Assembly: GCA_963774935.1 (NCBI GenBank)
Contig: CAVZGO010000007.1
Location: forward strand, 407,861 to 471,860
Reading direction: 5' to 3'
Source of the DNA: an uncultured Chloroflexia bacterium
Lineage (GTDB): Bacteria; Chloroflexota; Anaerolineae; Anaerolineales; UBA4823
Length of the DNA stretch: 64,000 nt
Below are positions 1 through 9,142 of the stretch, piece after piece (positions within the stretch are counted from its first letter, which is position 1; each line of letters starts with the position of its first letter). The notes below the pieces were generated by a model that did not search any database, was not told where the DNA came from, and saw nothing but the letters and a program-made list of their open reading frames with translations. The position numbers were made by a program, and so were the translations under genes.

Positions 1-253
1 GCATCTCTGCCTGTGTGACAATCAAGATCTCCCGTCCGCGCGCCAGTTGGATCGTTGACCGGGTGTATGGCTCGAGGTGCCCGGCTTTCCGTGAGCGAGG
101 CTTGCGAACCCCTTTGGCAACAACGCGAATTTTTCCAATCTCCAAACTGAACAGTGTGAGCAGACGATCTGCTTCACCCCAGTTGGTATGCCTCAGCACA
201 ATGGCTTCTACCCGAAATGACCGTTGCCGGCGGGGTATGAGTGAGTCTTCCAT
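1..253 (-). CDS. recO: DNA repair protein RecO, N-terminal part (gene runs off the left window edge)
   Basis: Reverse-strand translation from the ATG at 253 reads MEDSLIPRRQRSFRVEAIVLRHTNWGEADRLLTLFSLEIGKIRVVAKGVRKPRSRKAGHLEPY..., a typical RecO N-terminal OB-fold. The frame stays open to position 1. It is absent from the ORF track because it has no stop inside the window. Confidence 0.75.
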   Translation of the reverse strand, partial: MEDSLIPRRQRSFRVEAIVLRHTNWGEADRLLTLFSLEIGKIRVVAKGVRKPRSRKAGHLEPYTRSTIQLARGREILIVTQAEM

Positions 254-391
254 CCATGGATTATATCAACTGCAAACCACTATGCTATCCGGAATATATC
301 TGGTAAAATCGTTCGGCTTGGCGCGTTGTACCCTTCGCCCAGGCACCCCGCGAGTTGCGCGGGCAATCTGCAAGCTGAAAGGGCTTGAACC

Positions 392-907
392 ATGAAAGTA
401 CTTTTACTCAAGGACGTTTATAAGTTGGGCCGCGCTGGGGATGTAAAGAAAGTGGCCGATGGCTATGGTCGGAACTACTTAATTCCGCAAGGGCTGGCGA
501 TGCTGGCTACCCCCGGAGCATTGAAGCAATCGGAACAAATTCGTTCTACTGCCGCAACGCACCGCACCCAGGCGAATGAGCAACTGGCTGGCATCGCTGA
601 ACAGCTTAACAAGCTGGTGCTTACCTTCCCCGCTAAAGCCGGCGAAACCGGCAAGCTGTATGGCTCCATCACACCGGCGATGATTGCGGATGCCATAAAA
701 GCCAAAACCGGCGTCGAAGTAAACCGCCGCCAGATGGATTCTGAACCGATCCGCACCCTGGGAGAATTTCCGCTGCACATCCGCCTGACCCTTGACCTGA
801 TCCCGGAAATCACCGTGATCGTCCACCGCGAAGGCGAAAACCCCACCCTGCCACAAAGTGCAGTTGTCAGCGAGGCAACCCCTGTAACAGAAGCTACCGC
901 TGAATAA
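392..907 (+). CDS. rplI: 50S ribosomal protein L9 (bL9)
   Basis: MKVLLLKDVYKLGRAGDVKKVADGYGRNYLIPQGLA... is the canonical L9 N-terminal domain. The ORF is 171 aa. Confidence 0.95.
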   Translation: MKVLLLKDVYKLGRAGDVKKVADGYGRNYLIPQGLAMLATPGALKQSEQIRSTAATHRTQANEQLAGIAEQLNKLVLTFPAKAGETGKLYGSITPAMIADAIKAKTGVEVNRRQMDSEPIRTLGEFPLHIRLTLDLIPEITVIVHREGENPTLPQSAVVSEATPVTEATAE

Positions 908-1067
908 TCGCGTAACAGGCTGGAAAGGCTGTTCCCGTTCACACCGGCCCGGGGATATTGATAGCGAGCAAAAATCAATCCTGCGTATCACCCATAGCAG
1001 GAGGGTGCAGACCAGATTGGCCAGCTCGCTCATATGTCCCAGGCCGGTGCGATTTTTGCCAGCTAGC

Positions 1068-2342
1068 ATGAAAGAGTCAGTCGGTCAACAACTGCAGCAA
1101 GCGCGGGAAGCGCAAAAGCTCTCCCTGGAGCAGGTTTCTCAGGCGACCCATATGCGCATTCACAACCTGCGCGCCCTTGAGGCAGGCGAGTTTGACAAAC
1201 TCGCCTCGGCTACTCAGTTGCGCGGCTTTCTGCGCGCTTACGCCAGCTACTTAAAAATTGATCCCGAACCGTTGCTAGCCGGCATTGACCAGGTAGCAGA
1301 ACTGCCTGCTACTGAGCTCACACCAACCCCCCCCATCTCCAATGGGCAACCTTTGCCTCCATCATCCGAGCGCTACCAGCACGCCCAGGAGACTCTTGCC
1401 GGGCTGGGTCAAACACTGCGCACCCAACGTGAGCTGTTAGGCTTATCCCTGGATGAAATTGTTCGCTACACCCACCTTCGCCGCCATTATTTGGAAGCCT
1501 TAGAAGCAGGAAATCTGGAAGGGCTGCCCTCGCCAGTCCAGGGACGTGGCATGCTGAATAACTATGCCACCTTCCTTGGCTTGGACCCTGAGCCTCTATT
1601 GTTACAGTTTGCTGAAGCGCTCCAGGCACGTCTCGCCTCGCGCCAAAATGCCAGCCTTGAACCACCATCTCGCCCTGCCAGGCGCAAACGTCCCATGCCA
1701 TTGCTACTGCGCCGCATCCTTTCTCCGGATGTACTGATTGGACTCACATTTGCAATTTTCCTGGTAGCTTTTCTGTCCTGGGGCGCTGTCCGGATTTTTT
1801 CCCTGCGCGCCGGAGAGACACCTTCTCCGACAGCCCCCTCAATTGCCGAAGTGTTGCTATCAACACCTACCCAGACCCTTGCATCTTTACCATTAACCAC
1901 CAGTTCATCTCCATCAAGCACACTGCAGGTATTACCTCCCATCCAGATAGATGCCGGAACAGCCACACCTGCAGAGCTGCCTACCGGACTGGCGCCTGGT
2001 GTGCAGGTTTATGTGACTGTACAACAGCGCGCCTGGATTCGCGCCATGGTAGATGGAAAACTTGAATTTGAGGGGCGTGTGCTTCCGGGCAGTGCCTATC
2101 CATTTGTCGGCAAAGATCTTGTTGAGCTTCTGGTCAGCAATGGCGCCGGTCTAAGAATTTTCTTCAACCAGCAGGATCTTGGCCAACTCGGCTCATACGG
2201 TCAAGTTGTGAACCTGATCTTCACCCGCCAGGGAGTGCTCACACCTACCCCTACCATCACTCGCACCCCCACGCCAACATCGCGTTTCACCCCAACCCCA
2301 CCAGTCATACCGTCTACCCCAACGGTCCCTTCACTGCCCTAG
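1068..2342 (+). CDS. RodZ-like cytoskeleton/HTH membrane protein (two Xre-type HTH segments, one TM helix, RodZ_C/DUF4115-like C-terminus)
   Basis: HTH segments are LSLEQVSQATHMRIHNLRALEAGEFDKL and LSLDEIVRYTHLRRHYLEALEAGNLEGLP. The TM helix is VLIGLTFAIFLVAFLSWGAV, followed by a PT-rich linker. The C-terminal part reads VYVTVQQRAWIRAMVDGKLEFEGRVL... I prefer the ATG at 1068 (MKESVGQQ) to the track start at 1005. Confidence 0.8.
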   Translation: MKESVGQQLQQAREAQKLSLEQVSQATHMRIHNLRALEAGEFDKLASATQLRGFLRAYASYLKIDPEPLLAGIDQVAELPATELTPTPPISNGQPLPPSSERYQHAQETLAGLGQTLRTQRELLGLSLDEIVRYTHLRRHYLEALEAGNLEGLPSPVQGRGMLNNYATFLGLDPEPLLLQFAEALQARLASRQNASLEPPSRPARRKRPMPLLLRRILSPDVLIGLTFAIFLVAFLSWGAVRIFSLRAGETPSPTAPSIAEVLLSTPTQTLASLPLTTSSSPSSTLQVLPPIQIDAGTATPAELPTGLAPGVQVYVTVQQRAWIRAMVDGKLEFEGRVLPGSAYPFVGKDLVELLVSNGAGLRIFFNQQDLGQLGSYGQVVNLIFTRQGVLTPTPTITRTPTPTSRFTPTPPVIPSTPTVPSLP

Positions 2343-2363
2343 TATCCATTTAGCGTTATCATT

Positions 2364-3744
2364 ATGAACCCAAAAACCTATCACATGGTCTCTCTCGGTT
2401 GTGCGAAGAATACTGTCGATTCGCAGTCGATGGCACAATTACTCTCTACCTCCGGATTCCAAGCAGTGGATAAACCATCCAGAGCAAGTGTTTTGATCGT
2501 CAACACATGCGGTTTCATTGGCCCCGCAAAAGAAGAATCGCTGTCTGTTCTGCGCAGCCTGGCTGCGAACAAACGTAAAGGTCAGATGCTCATTGCTGCG
2601 GGCTGCCTGACTCAACGGTACGGGGCAGAAATTGCACATCAGGTTCCCGGCATCGATGGAATACTTGGAACCCGCCGGTGGATGGATATCATTGATGTGG
2701 TTCAAGACCTGCGCCAAAAAGGTCACCCGCAGCCACTCTACCATCTGCCTGTTGACCCAACGGTCAGAATGGACGACCACGGCGTGCTACATGCAGCAGT
2801 TCAAGGCACCAGTGCTTATCTCAAGATTGCTGATGGCTGCCGCAGACCTTGTGCCTTCTGTGCAATTCCTTTGATCAAAGGCACCGCGGTCAGTCGGCCT
2901 CTCCAGGTAGTCATTCATGAAGCTCAGCAATTGGAACAAATGGGTGTGCGCGAGTTGATCCTGATTGCTCAGGATACTACCGATTATGGGCATGATTTGG
3001 GATTAAAGGATGGACTGGCGCAGCTTCTCGAGCAACTCGTAATAGCCGCACCGGGCATTGACTGGATCCGTGTGATGTACGCCTACCCCGGCTACGTGAC
3101 CGACCGGCTAATCGATGTAATGGCCTCCCACTCCCAGATCCTCCCCTATCTGGATATGCCTCTCCAGCATGCTCATCCTGCCGTGCTTCGCCGGATGCGC
3201 CGCCCTGCTAATATTGAATGGGTGCACAGCACTGTTGCAAAGCTGCGCCAGGCGCTGCCGGGGCTCGCCCTGCGCACCACTTTTATCGTCGGCTATCCGG
3301 GTGAAACGGAAGAAGAATTTCAGAACTCTGCTAGACTTTATTCAGGAGATGCGCTTCGACCGCTCTGGTGCATTTCAATTTTCATTCGAGCCCGGCACGC
3401 CCAGTGAGCCGCTCGGTGATCCCATTTCTCCTGAGGTCAAGCAAGAGCGTTACGACAGGCTGATGGCGCTCCAGCAAAGAATCTCTCTGGAGGTTAACCA
3501 GGCTTTCGTTGGTCACCGGATGGATGTGCTGGTTGAAGGCAGCGCTGATGGTATCTCTATTGGGCGCTCCTATCGCGATGCACCTGAAATAGATGGCATG
3601 GTGATTCTGGATAGCGAAGTGACGGTTGGAGAAATTATCCCCGTACATATCACCGGCGCCATGGCTTATGACCTTACTGGAACAGTCGAAATTACACAAT
3701 CTGTTCTACCCGATTTACAACTTACAGCCAGACCGGGAGATTAG
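2364..3744 (+). CDS. rimO: Ribosomal protein S12 methylthiotransferase RimO, split by an apparent 1-nt insertion at the T-run 3318-3320
   Basis: The N-terminal part is YHMVSLGCAKNTVDSQ... with the radical-SAM motif CRRPCAFC, in frame 2364..3407. The TRAM/C-terminal part ([24 protein letters not shown]...) lies in frame 3169..3744. Deleting one T of ttt(3318-3320) gives [17 protein letters not shown], the expected RimO sequence. Confidence 0.85.
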
Positions 3745-3805
3745 CCATGACTGAAAGGCTGCAGGCTGGCTGCTTATACCATTTATATAAGGATACTTTA
3801 TCATC

Positions 3806-4799
3806 ATGATCGATCTTACCCAGCCCGAAGTCCAATTTGCTATGCAAGCTGTTCGCAAGGCGTCCCAGCTCGTTCGCCAGGTGCAGCAAACCATGGTCAC
3901 CCCGGCACTCACCAAAGACGACCGCTCCCCAGTGACCGTAGCCGATTTCGCATCACAGGCGATTGTTGGCCGCTTGCTCTCGCAGTCTTTTCCCGAGGAT
4001 CTGCTGGTCGCTGAAGAAGACTCGGCAGATCTGCGCAAACCCGAGGCAGCCGAGCTGCTCTCACGCGTTAGCGATTATGTCAGCCAGGCAGTACCAGGTG
4101 CAAATTCCAATCAGGTCTGCCAGTGGATTGATTTCGGTCGGGCAAACTCAGGGCAAGCGCTTCTGGACCCTCGACCCCATCGACGGCACCAAGGGCTTTC
4201 TGCGCGGCGAGCAGTATGTTGTGGCGCTGGCACTGGTTGAGAATGGTCAGGTCCAGGTAGCCGCACTGGGCTGCCCAAACCTGGTCAATGCCAGTCAACC
4301 ATTATTGGGTGGCGCGGGATCACTGATCCTTGCGGTACGCGACCAAGGCGCATGGACGACCCCTCTCGTGGGCGATGAAGATTTTCAAAAGCTACACACA
4401 TCCACAATCCAGGACCCTGCCCAGGCACGCGTCCTGCGCTCGGTTGAATCAGGCCATACCAACATCGGACAGATCGACCAATTCGCCCAGGTGCTTGGTC
4501 TCCAGGCGCCTCCAGTGAGCATGGATAGCCAGGGCAAGTATGCATTACTGGCTGCTGGTTCTGGCGAGCTGTATCTGCGCTTGCTCTCGCCAGATAAGCC
4601 AAACTATCGCGAGAAAATATGGGATCAGGCTGCCGGCTCACTTGTACTCCAGGAATCTGGCGGCATGCTCACCGACCTGGATGGCAAACAACTTGATTTT
4701 TCAACCGGACGCTCATTAATCAACAATCGCGGTATTCTGGCCTCGAATGGATTGCTGCATCCGGCGGCACTACATGCCCTGCGCGCAGTAGGAGCCTGA
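3806..4799 (+). CDS. cysQ: 3'(2'),5'-bisphosphate nucleotidase (CysQ/HAL2-type, IMPase superfamily), split by an apparent extra G at 4151-4153
   Basis: Frame 1 reads ...TKDDRSPVTVADFASQ... Frame 2 reads ...KRFWTLDPIDGTKGFLRGEQYVVALALVENGQVQVAALGCPNL..., the HAL2/CysQ signature. Removing one G of ggg(4151-4153) joins ...ANSGKRFWTLDPIDG. Confidence 0.8.
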
Positions 4800-4817
4800 G
4801 TTATTCGGCAATTTTCC

Positions 4818-6350
4818 ATGAGCCGCAGCGACAAAATTGCCCTTGCCCTCAGCTTGTTAGCCATCCTGTTCTCATATCTGGTGGCTGACCGCATCTTCGA
4901 ACGCATGGCGCACCTGGAAGATGAGATGGCCTATGTCTGGCAGGCACAGGCGATTGCGGGCGGCAAACTCACTGTTCCTTCTCCGCCTGAACCAAAAAGT
5001 TTCCTCTGGCCATTTGTCGTCGATTACAATGGCCAGCGCTTTGGCAAATATCCAATTGCCTGGCCTGCATTGCTTTCTCTAGGAGAACGTATTGGCCAGC
5101 GCAGCCTGGTAAACCCACTGCTGGCCGGTCTGGCAATCTGGCTGATCTACCGTCTGGGTAAACGCATCTTTGGTGAAACAGTCGGCTTACTGGCTGCCGG
5201 GCTGACCCTCACCTCGCCGTTTTTTTTGGTCAATTCCGGATCACTGCTTTCGCATCCTTTAGGGCTGGTGCTCAGCACTGGCTTTGCTCTCGCCTGGTTA
5301 GCCGCTTTCACTCCTCCGACTCCATCTCGTCCCTGGTTAGCGGTCATCACGGCTGGCTGTGCCTTGGGCTTACTGGCTTTAACGCGGCCGCTGACCGCGT
5401 TTGCGGTCGCCGTGCCGTTTATGCTACACGGTCTGGTGTTGTTTTTCAAACGAGATGGGCAGGTCCGCCGCAATCTCCTGGTCTTTATCGCGATTGTCCT
5501 CGGGATGGGGACGCTCCACTTCGTCTGGCAGTATGCGGTAACGGGTGATGCTCTGTTGAATCCTTACACACTCTGGTGGCCATACGACAAGATTGGATTC
5601 GGACCCGGTCATGGCCATAATCCCGTGGGGCACACCCTCCGCCAGGCGTGGCTTAACACCAAATTCAGCATAAAAGTAGGCGCTTTTGATTTGTACGGCT
5701 GGCCTAAGATCTCCTGGTTGTTTTTACCAGTTGGCCTGGCGGTCGCCATTCGCCAGCGAACCACGCGCCTGCCGGCACTGCTGATCTCTGGGGTCTTTAT
5801 CACCCTGGTGGCTTTTTATCTGGCATATTGGGTTGGCGCATCACTGTATGGGCCGCGCTATTACTACGAGGCGTTATACAGCCTCTCCATCCTGTCTGCA
5901 GCCGGGATCGCCTGGCTGGCTGGCTGGCCTACCCTCCCGGACCAAACCCGCACGCTTTTCCAGGGTTGGCAGCGCTGGCGTCCATTAGCCGTAACTGCTC
6001 TGCTTACCTTGCTGGTAGGTTTCAACCTGGTTTTCTATCTCCCTGCCCGCTTACAAGGGATGACAGACCTTTATGGCGTAAGCCGCGCAAATTTGGAGCC
6101 ATTTCTCACCGAGACAGCCCAGCAGATGACGCCCGCCTTGATCATTGTCCATCCCCAAGAAAAGTGGATCGAGTATGGCACACTCTTGGAATTGGAAAAC
6201 CCATTCCTGGATACCCCTTTTATTTTTGTTTATTCGCGCAGCGAGCGCTCCAACCAGTTGTTGGCATCCCTGTTCCCCGATCGGGCTGTTTACCATTATT
6301 ATGCCGATGAGCCTTACAAATTCTATACCGCTCCCCGGCACTCAAAGTAA
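4818..6350 (+). CDS. Glycosyltransferase family 39 / ArnT-PMT-like polytopic membrane protein
   Basis: The protein is 510 aa with more than 10 hydrophobic helices. Its N-terminal DE-containing loop (LEDEMAYVWQAQAI) is typical of PMT/ArnT-type lipid-linked sugar transferases. Confidence 0.7.
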   Translation: MSRSDKIALALSLLAILFSYLVADRIFERMAHLEDEMAYVWQAQAIAGGKLTVPSPPEPKSFLWPFVVDYNGQRFGKYPIAWPALLSLGERIGQRSLVNPLLAGLAIWLIYRLGKRIFGETVGLLAAGLTLTSPFFLVNSGSLLSHPLGLVLSTGFALAWLAAFTPPTPSRPWLAVITAGCALGLLALTRPLTAFAVAVPFMLHGLVLFFKRDGQVRRNLLVFIAIVLGMGTLHFVWQYAVTGDALLNPYTLWWPYDKIGFGPGHGHNPVGHTLRQAWLNTKFSIKVGAFDLYGWPKISWLFLPVGLAVAIRQRTTRLPALLISGVFITLVAFYLAYWVGASLYGPRYYYEALYSLSILSAAGIAWLAGWPTLPDQTRTLFQGWQRWRPLAVTALLTLLVGFNLVFYLPARLQGMTDLYGVSRANLEPFLTETAQQMTPALIIVHPQEKWIEYGTLLELENPFLDTPFIFVYSRSERSNQLLASLFPDRAVYHYYADEPYKFYTAPRHSK

Positions 6351-6426
6351 CTCCTTGCCGCAATCTCGATTGAAGTGTAAAATTAGTTCTTAATCGTTTA
6401 CGGGATTTTAATAAAAATTATATCTG

Positions 6427-8346
6427 ATGCTCTCAAAAGATCGCCCTTCAAGGCCTCGTCTCCTAAATACGCCTGCATCCATCGAAGCAAGCCAGCTATT
6501 ACTGCTGGACGATGATCCTGAACGATCCAGGCAGGTACGGGATTCCCTGCGCTCTGCCGGTTTTACCGTAACAGACCACCCGATTAAGAATTACACCAAT
6601 AATCACGAGCTCGCCTTGAAACAGCTTCAGAAGGAAGGTTACGACGCATTGCTCCTGGCAAGCCATCTGGACAATCCTGTTAATTCGGAAATGATTGAAC
6701 AGATATTAACCAGCGGGCTCCCCTTTCCGGTTGTACTTCTCGTAAATCCAGGTGAGGAGCTGCAAGCAGCCAGCTACCTGCAAAGGGGCGCTATGGACGT
6801 GATCAGCGCCAGGGGTGATTATCTCGCCAGCCTGCCAGCCCGCCTGTCAAAAGCGATTTCTGCTGACCAACTCCAGCGCAGCGTGGAGCAAATCAACTAC
6901 CAGGCGCTGGTTCTCAATAATGTCCGCGATGCAGTGGTTGTCTGGGATTTGGATGGCAATATCACCTACTGGAATCCGGCTGCCGAGGTGTTGTTTGGCT
7001 ATAGCGCACGCGATCGTCTGGGTAAGCCAATCCACGAAGTCTACCTGAGCTCCTTCGACCCGCCCGTCCACACACCAGGCCCTGAACAGACCACCGGTCA
7101 GTATGCTGAGAGACGCTACCTGACTCCCAGTGGCAAAGCGATCTGGATTAGCTCACGCCTGGCTGTCCTGCGAGAAACGAAAGCCCGCAATCGCCTGCTC
7201 GGTTATATGGACGTATCCCACGATATCACCCGCAGCCGCCAGGCCGAACAGGCGCTGCGCGAAAGCGAAGCTCGTTATCGCGCGATCGTAGAAGATTACC
7301 AAACCGAGTTAATCTGCCGCTTCACTCCTGAGGGAACACTGACCTTCGTCAACGAAGTCTACTGCCGCTACTTCGGCCTATCCCGTGACCAGCTCCTGGG
7401 CACCAACCTGATGGTCTATGTGAGGGAGTACGACCGCCAAAGACTGCGCGAGCACCTTAACAGTCTGAGCCCCAACCGCCCATACGGCACGTTGGAACAT
7501 TTGCTGGTACTGCCCACTGGCTCGGTACGCTGGTTCCAGCGAACGGATCGTGCAATCCTGGACCAGCACGGACGAATTTTTGAGTTCCAGTCCGTCGGAC
7601 GAGATATCACCGATCGTAAACGAATGGAAGCTCAGATCCAGGCAGCCCAGACCCAACTGGTTCAGGCAGCCCGCCTGGCTACTCTGGGCGAGCTGGCTTC
7701 CGGCGTGGCTCACCAGATCAATAACCCATTGACAACGATCATCGCCGATGCACAGCTCCTGCTGCGCACCCTGGATGAAGACGCTGCAGGCCGGGAATCT
7801 GCCGAGGCCATTGAACAGGCTGGCTGGCGTGTGCTCCAAGTAGTGCAGAGATTAATGGACTTCTCCCGCCCTTCTACCGATGCCATGCAGCCGATCTCGG
7901 TAAATGAGACCATTCGCCTGGCACTCTCGCTAGTCGGCACCCATGTTGCCTCGGATGGACTCAAGCTGATTTATGACCTGCAAGATGGCTTGCCAAACGT
8001 GCGCGGGCACTCACGCCAGCTTCAGGATGTGTGGGTAAACTTGATCCTGCTGGCTCGTGATGCGTGCACCGATGGCATGGATCACACCATCCTGATTCGC
8101 TCAATGTCTGACCCGGCAGGCTGGGTGCAGGTCGAAGTACAGGATGATGGCTTTCCCATCCCACCCAGAGAAATGGCCAGTATCTTCGAACCAAATTTCA
8201 TCGGACCAACCCATGGTCGGGGCACTGGGCTGGAATTGAGCATTTGCCGCGAAATTATTCGGCAACACAATGGGCGCATCTCGGCTGAGCCCACGCCGGA
8301 TGATCAAACCATCCTGCGAGTTGTGCTGCCTGCAGAAGAGGAGTGA
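6427..8346 (+). CDS. Sensor histidine kinase with N-terminal pseudo-receiver and two PAS domains
   Basis: The REC-like N-terminus (LLLLDDDPERS...YDALLLASHL) has no Asp at the acceptor position. PAS segments are VVVWDLDGNITYWNPAAEVLFGY and ELICRFTPEGTLTFVNEVYCRYFG. The HisKA H-box is ASGVAHQINNPLT, and the HATPase G-boxes are DDGFPIP and GRGTGLEL. Confidence 0.88.
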   Translation: MLSKDRPSRPRLLNTPASIEASQLLLLDDDPERSRQVRDSLRSAGFTVTDHPIKNYTNNHELALKQLQKEGYDALLLASHLDNPVNSEMIEQILTSGLPFPVVLLVNPGEELQAASYLQRGAMDVISARGDYLASLPARLSKAISADQLQRSVEQINYQALVLNNVRDAVVVWDLDGNITYWNPAAEVLFGYSARDRLGKPIHEVYLSSFDPPVHTPGPEQTTGQYAERRYLTPSGKAIWISSRLAVLRETKARNRLLGYMDVSHDITRSRQAEQALRESEARYRAIVEDYQTELICRFTPEGTLTFVNEVYCRYFGLSRDQLLGTNLMVYVREYDRQRLREHLNSLSPNRPYGTLEHLLVLPTGSVRWFQRTDRAILDQHGRIFEFQSVGRDITDRKRMEAQIQAAQTQLVQAARLATLGELASGVAHQINNPLTTIIADAQLLLRTLDEDAAGRESAEAIEQAGWRVLQVVQRLMDFSRPSTDAMQPISVNETIRLALSLVGTHVASDGLKLIYDLQDGLPNVRGHSRQLQDVWVNLILLARDACTDGMDHTILIRSMSDPAGWVQVEVQDDGFPIPPREMASIFEPNFIGPTHGRGTGLELSICREIIRQHNGRISAEPTPDDQTILRVVLPAEEE

Positions 8347-8349
8347 CGA

Positions 8350-9141
8350 TTGGAAGAACCGGTAGCCATCCTGGTCATCGAAGACGATCGTTTCGTCGCA
8401 CGCACAATTGAGCGCTGCCTGCGCAGCAATCATTTTGCAGTGACAGTCGCAAATAATGGCGCAGATGGTCTGGAGCAAGCACGCCTATCTCCGCCAGACC
8501 TTGTGATCCTGGATATTATGATGCAGGGCATGGATGGCTACGCAGTCTGCATGGCAATGCGCGCAGATCGCAGCCTTGCTCATGTGCCGGTATTGTTCCT
8601 CACCGCCAAGGTAAAAACCGAAGATAAAATTACTGGTTTCAGAGCTGGTGCGGACGATTATCTTTGTAAGCCGTTCAATCTGGATGAGCTGATGATGCGT
8701 CTGCAGGCTATCTTGAAGCGTACACTATCACCAGAACGTATGACCACCTTGCTACCCGTGTTTGCTGCTTCGGATCCGTCCATTGAACTGGATCCCAACC
8801 AGCCTCGACCGCACCATCTTGTCGCTGGTGAATACTCACTCGACACACACACGTTCGAGCTCCAAACCCCCACTCAAGGCAAGGTGCGCCTGACCCCTCT
8901 CCAATATGATCTTCTTTATCATTTGATGACCCACCCAGATGAGGTCTTTTCACCTTCCCGTTTACTTGCTGAGGTTTGGGATCATCCCGAAGGACGTGGC
9001 AGCGCTGATCTTGTGCGCGTCCATATAAAAACCCTGCGCGAGCGCATCGAAATTGACCCGCGTGCCCCTGGCTTCTTACGAACCGTCCCCGGACGCGGCT
9101 ACACCGTCGGCAGGAGCCAGCTTACTCAGGAGGAGAACTAA
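8350..9141 (+). CDS. OmpR-family response regulator (REC + winged helix, long interdomain linker); TTG start
   Basis: The REC motifs are ILVIEDD...[16 protein letters not shown]...[20 protein letters not shown]. The C-terminal part is [30 protein letters not shown]...[11 protein letters not shown]. Confidence 0.9.
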   Translation: [263 protein letters not shown]

Positions 9142-9142
9142 T

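Noticed and set aside
320-391. Small GC hairpin (cccgcg-agttg-cgcggg) in the rplI 5' region as a possible regulatory leader
   Set aside because: It has only a 6-bp stem, I know of no L9 leader motif, and I cannot assess conservation from this window.
15-395. 126-aa plus-strand ORF at the left edge
   Set aside because: It lies antisense to a clear RecO N-terminus (reverse strand, ATG at 253) and runs into the rplI upstream region. It has no recognisable motif and looks like a GC-rich antisense artefact.
1860-2340. Repetitive Pro/Thr-coding stretches (also at 41400-41560, 46440-46500, 46840-46900, 55780-55900) considered as tandem DNA repeats or CRISPR-like arrays
   Set aside because: They are in-frame PT-rich linkers of secreted or membrane proteins, irregular at the nucleotide level, with no repeat-spacer periodicity. 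I saw no CRISPR array anywhere in the window.
9053-9142. Track start (9053) of the GAF/PAS kinase
   Set aside because: It overlaps the last 89 nt of the response-regulator gene in another frame. The ATG at 9143, just after the regulator's stop, is the more plausible start.
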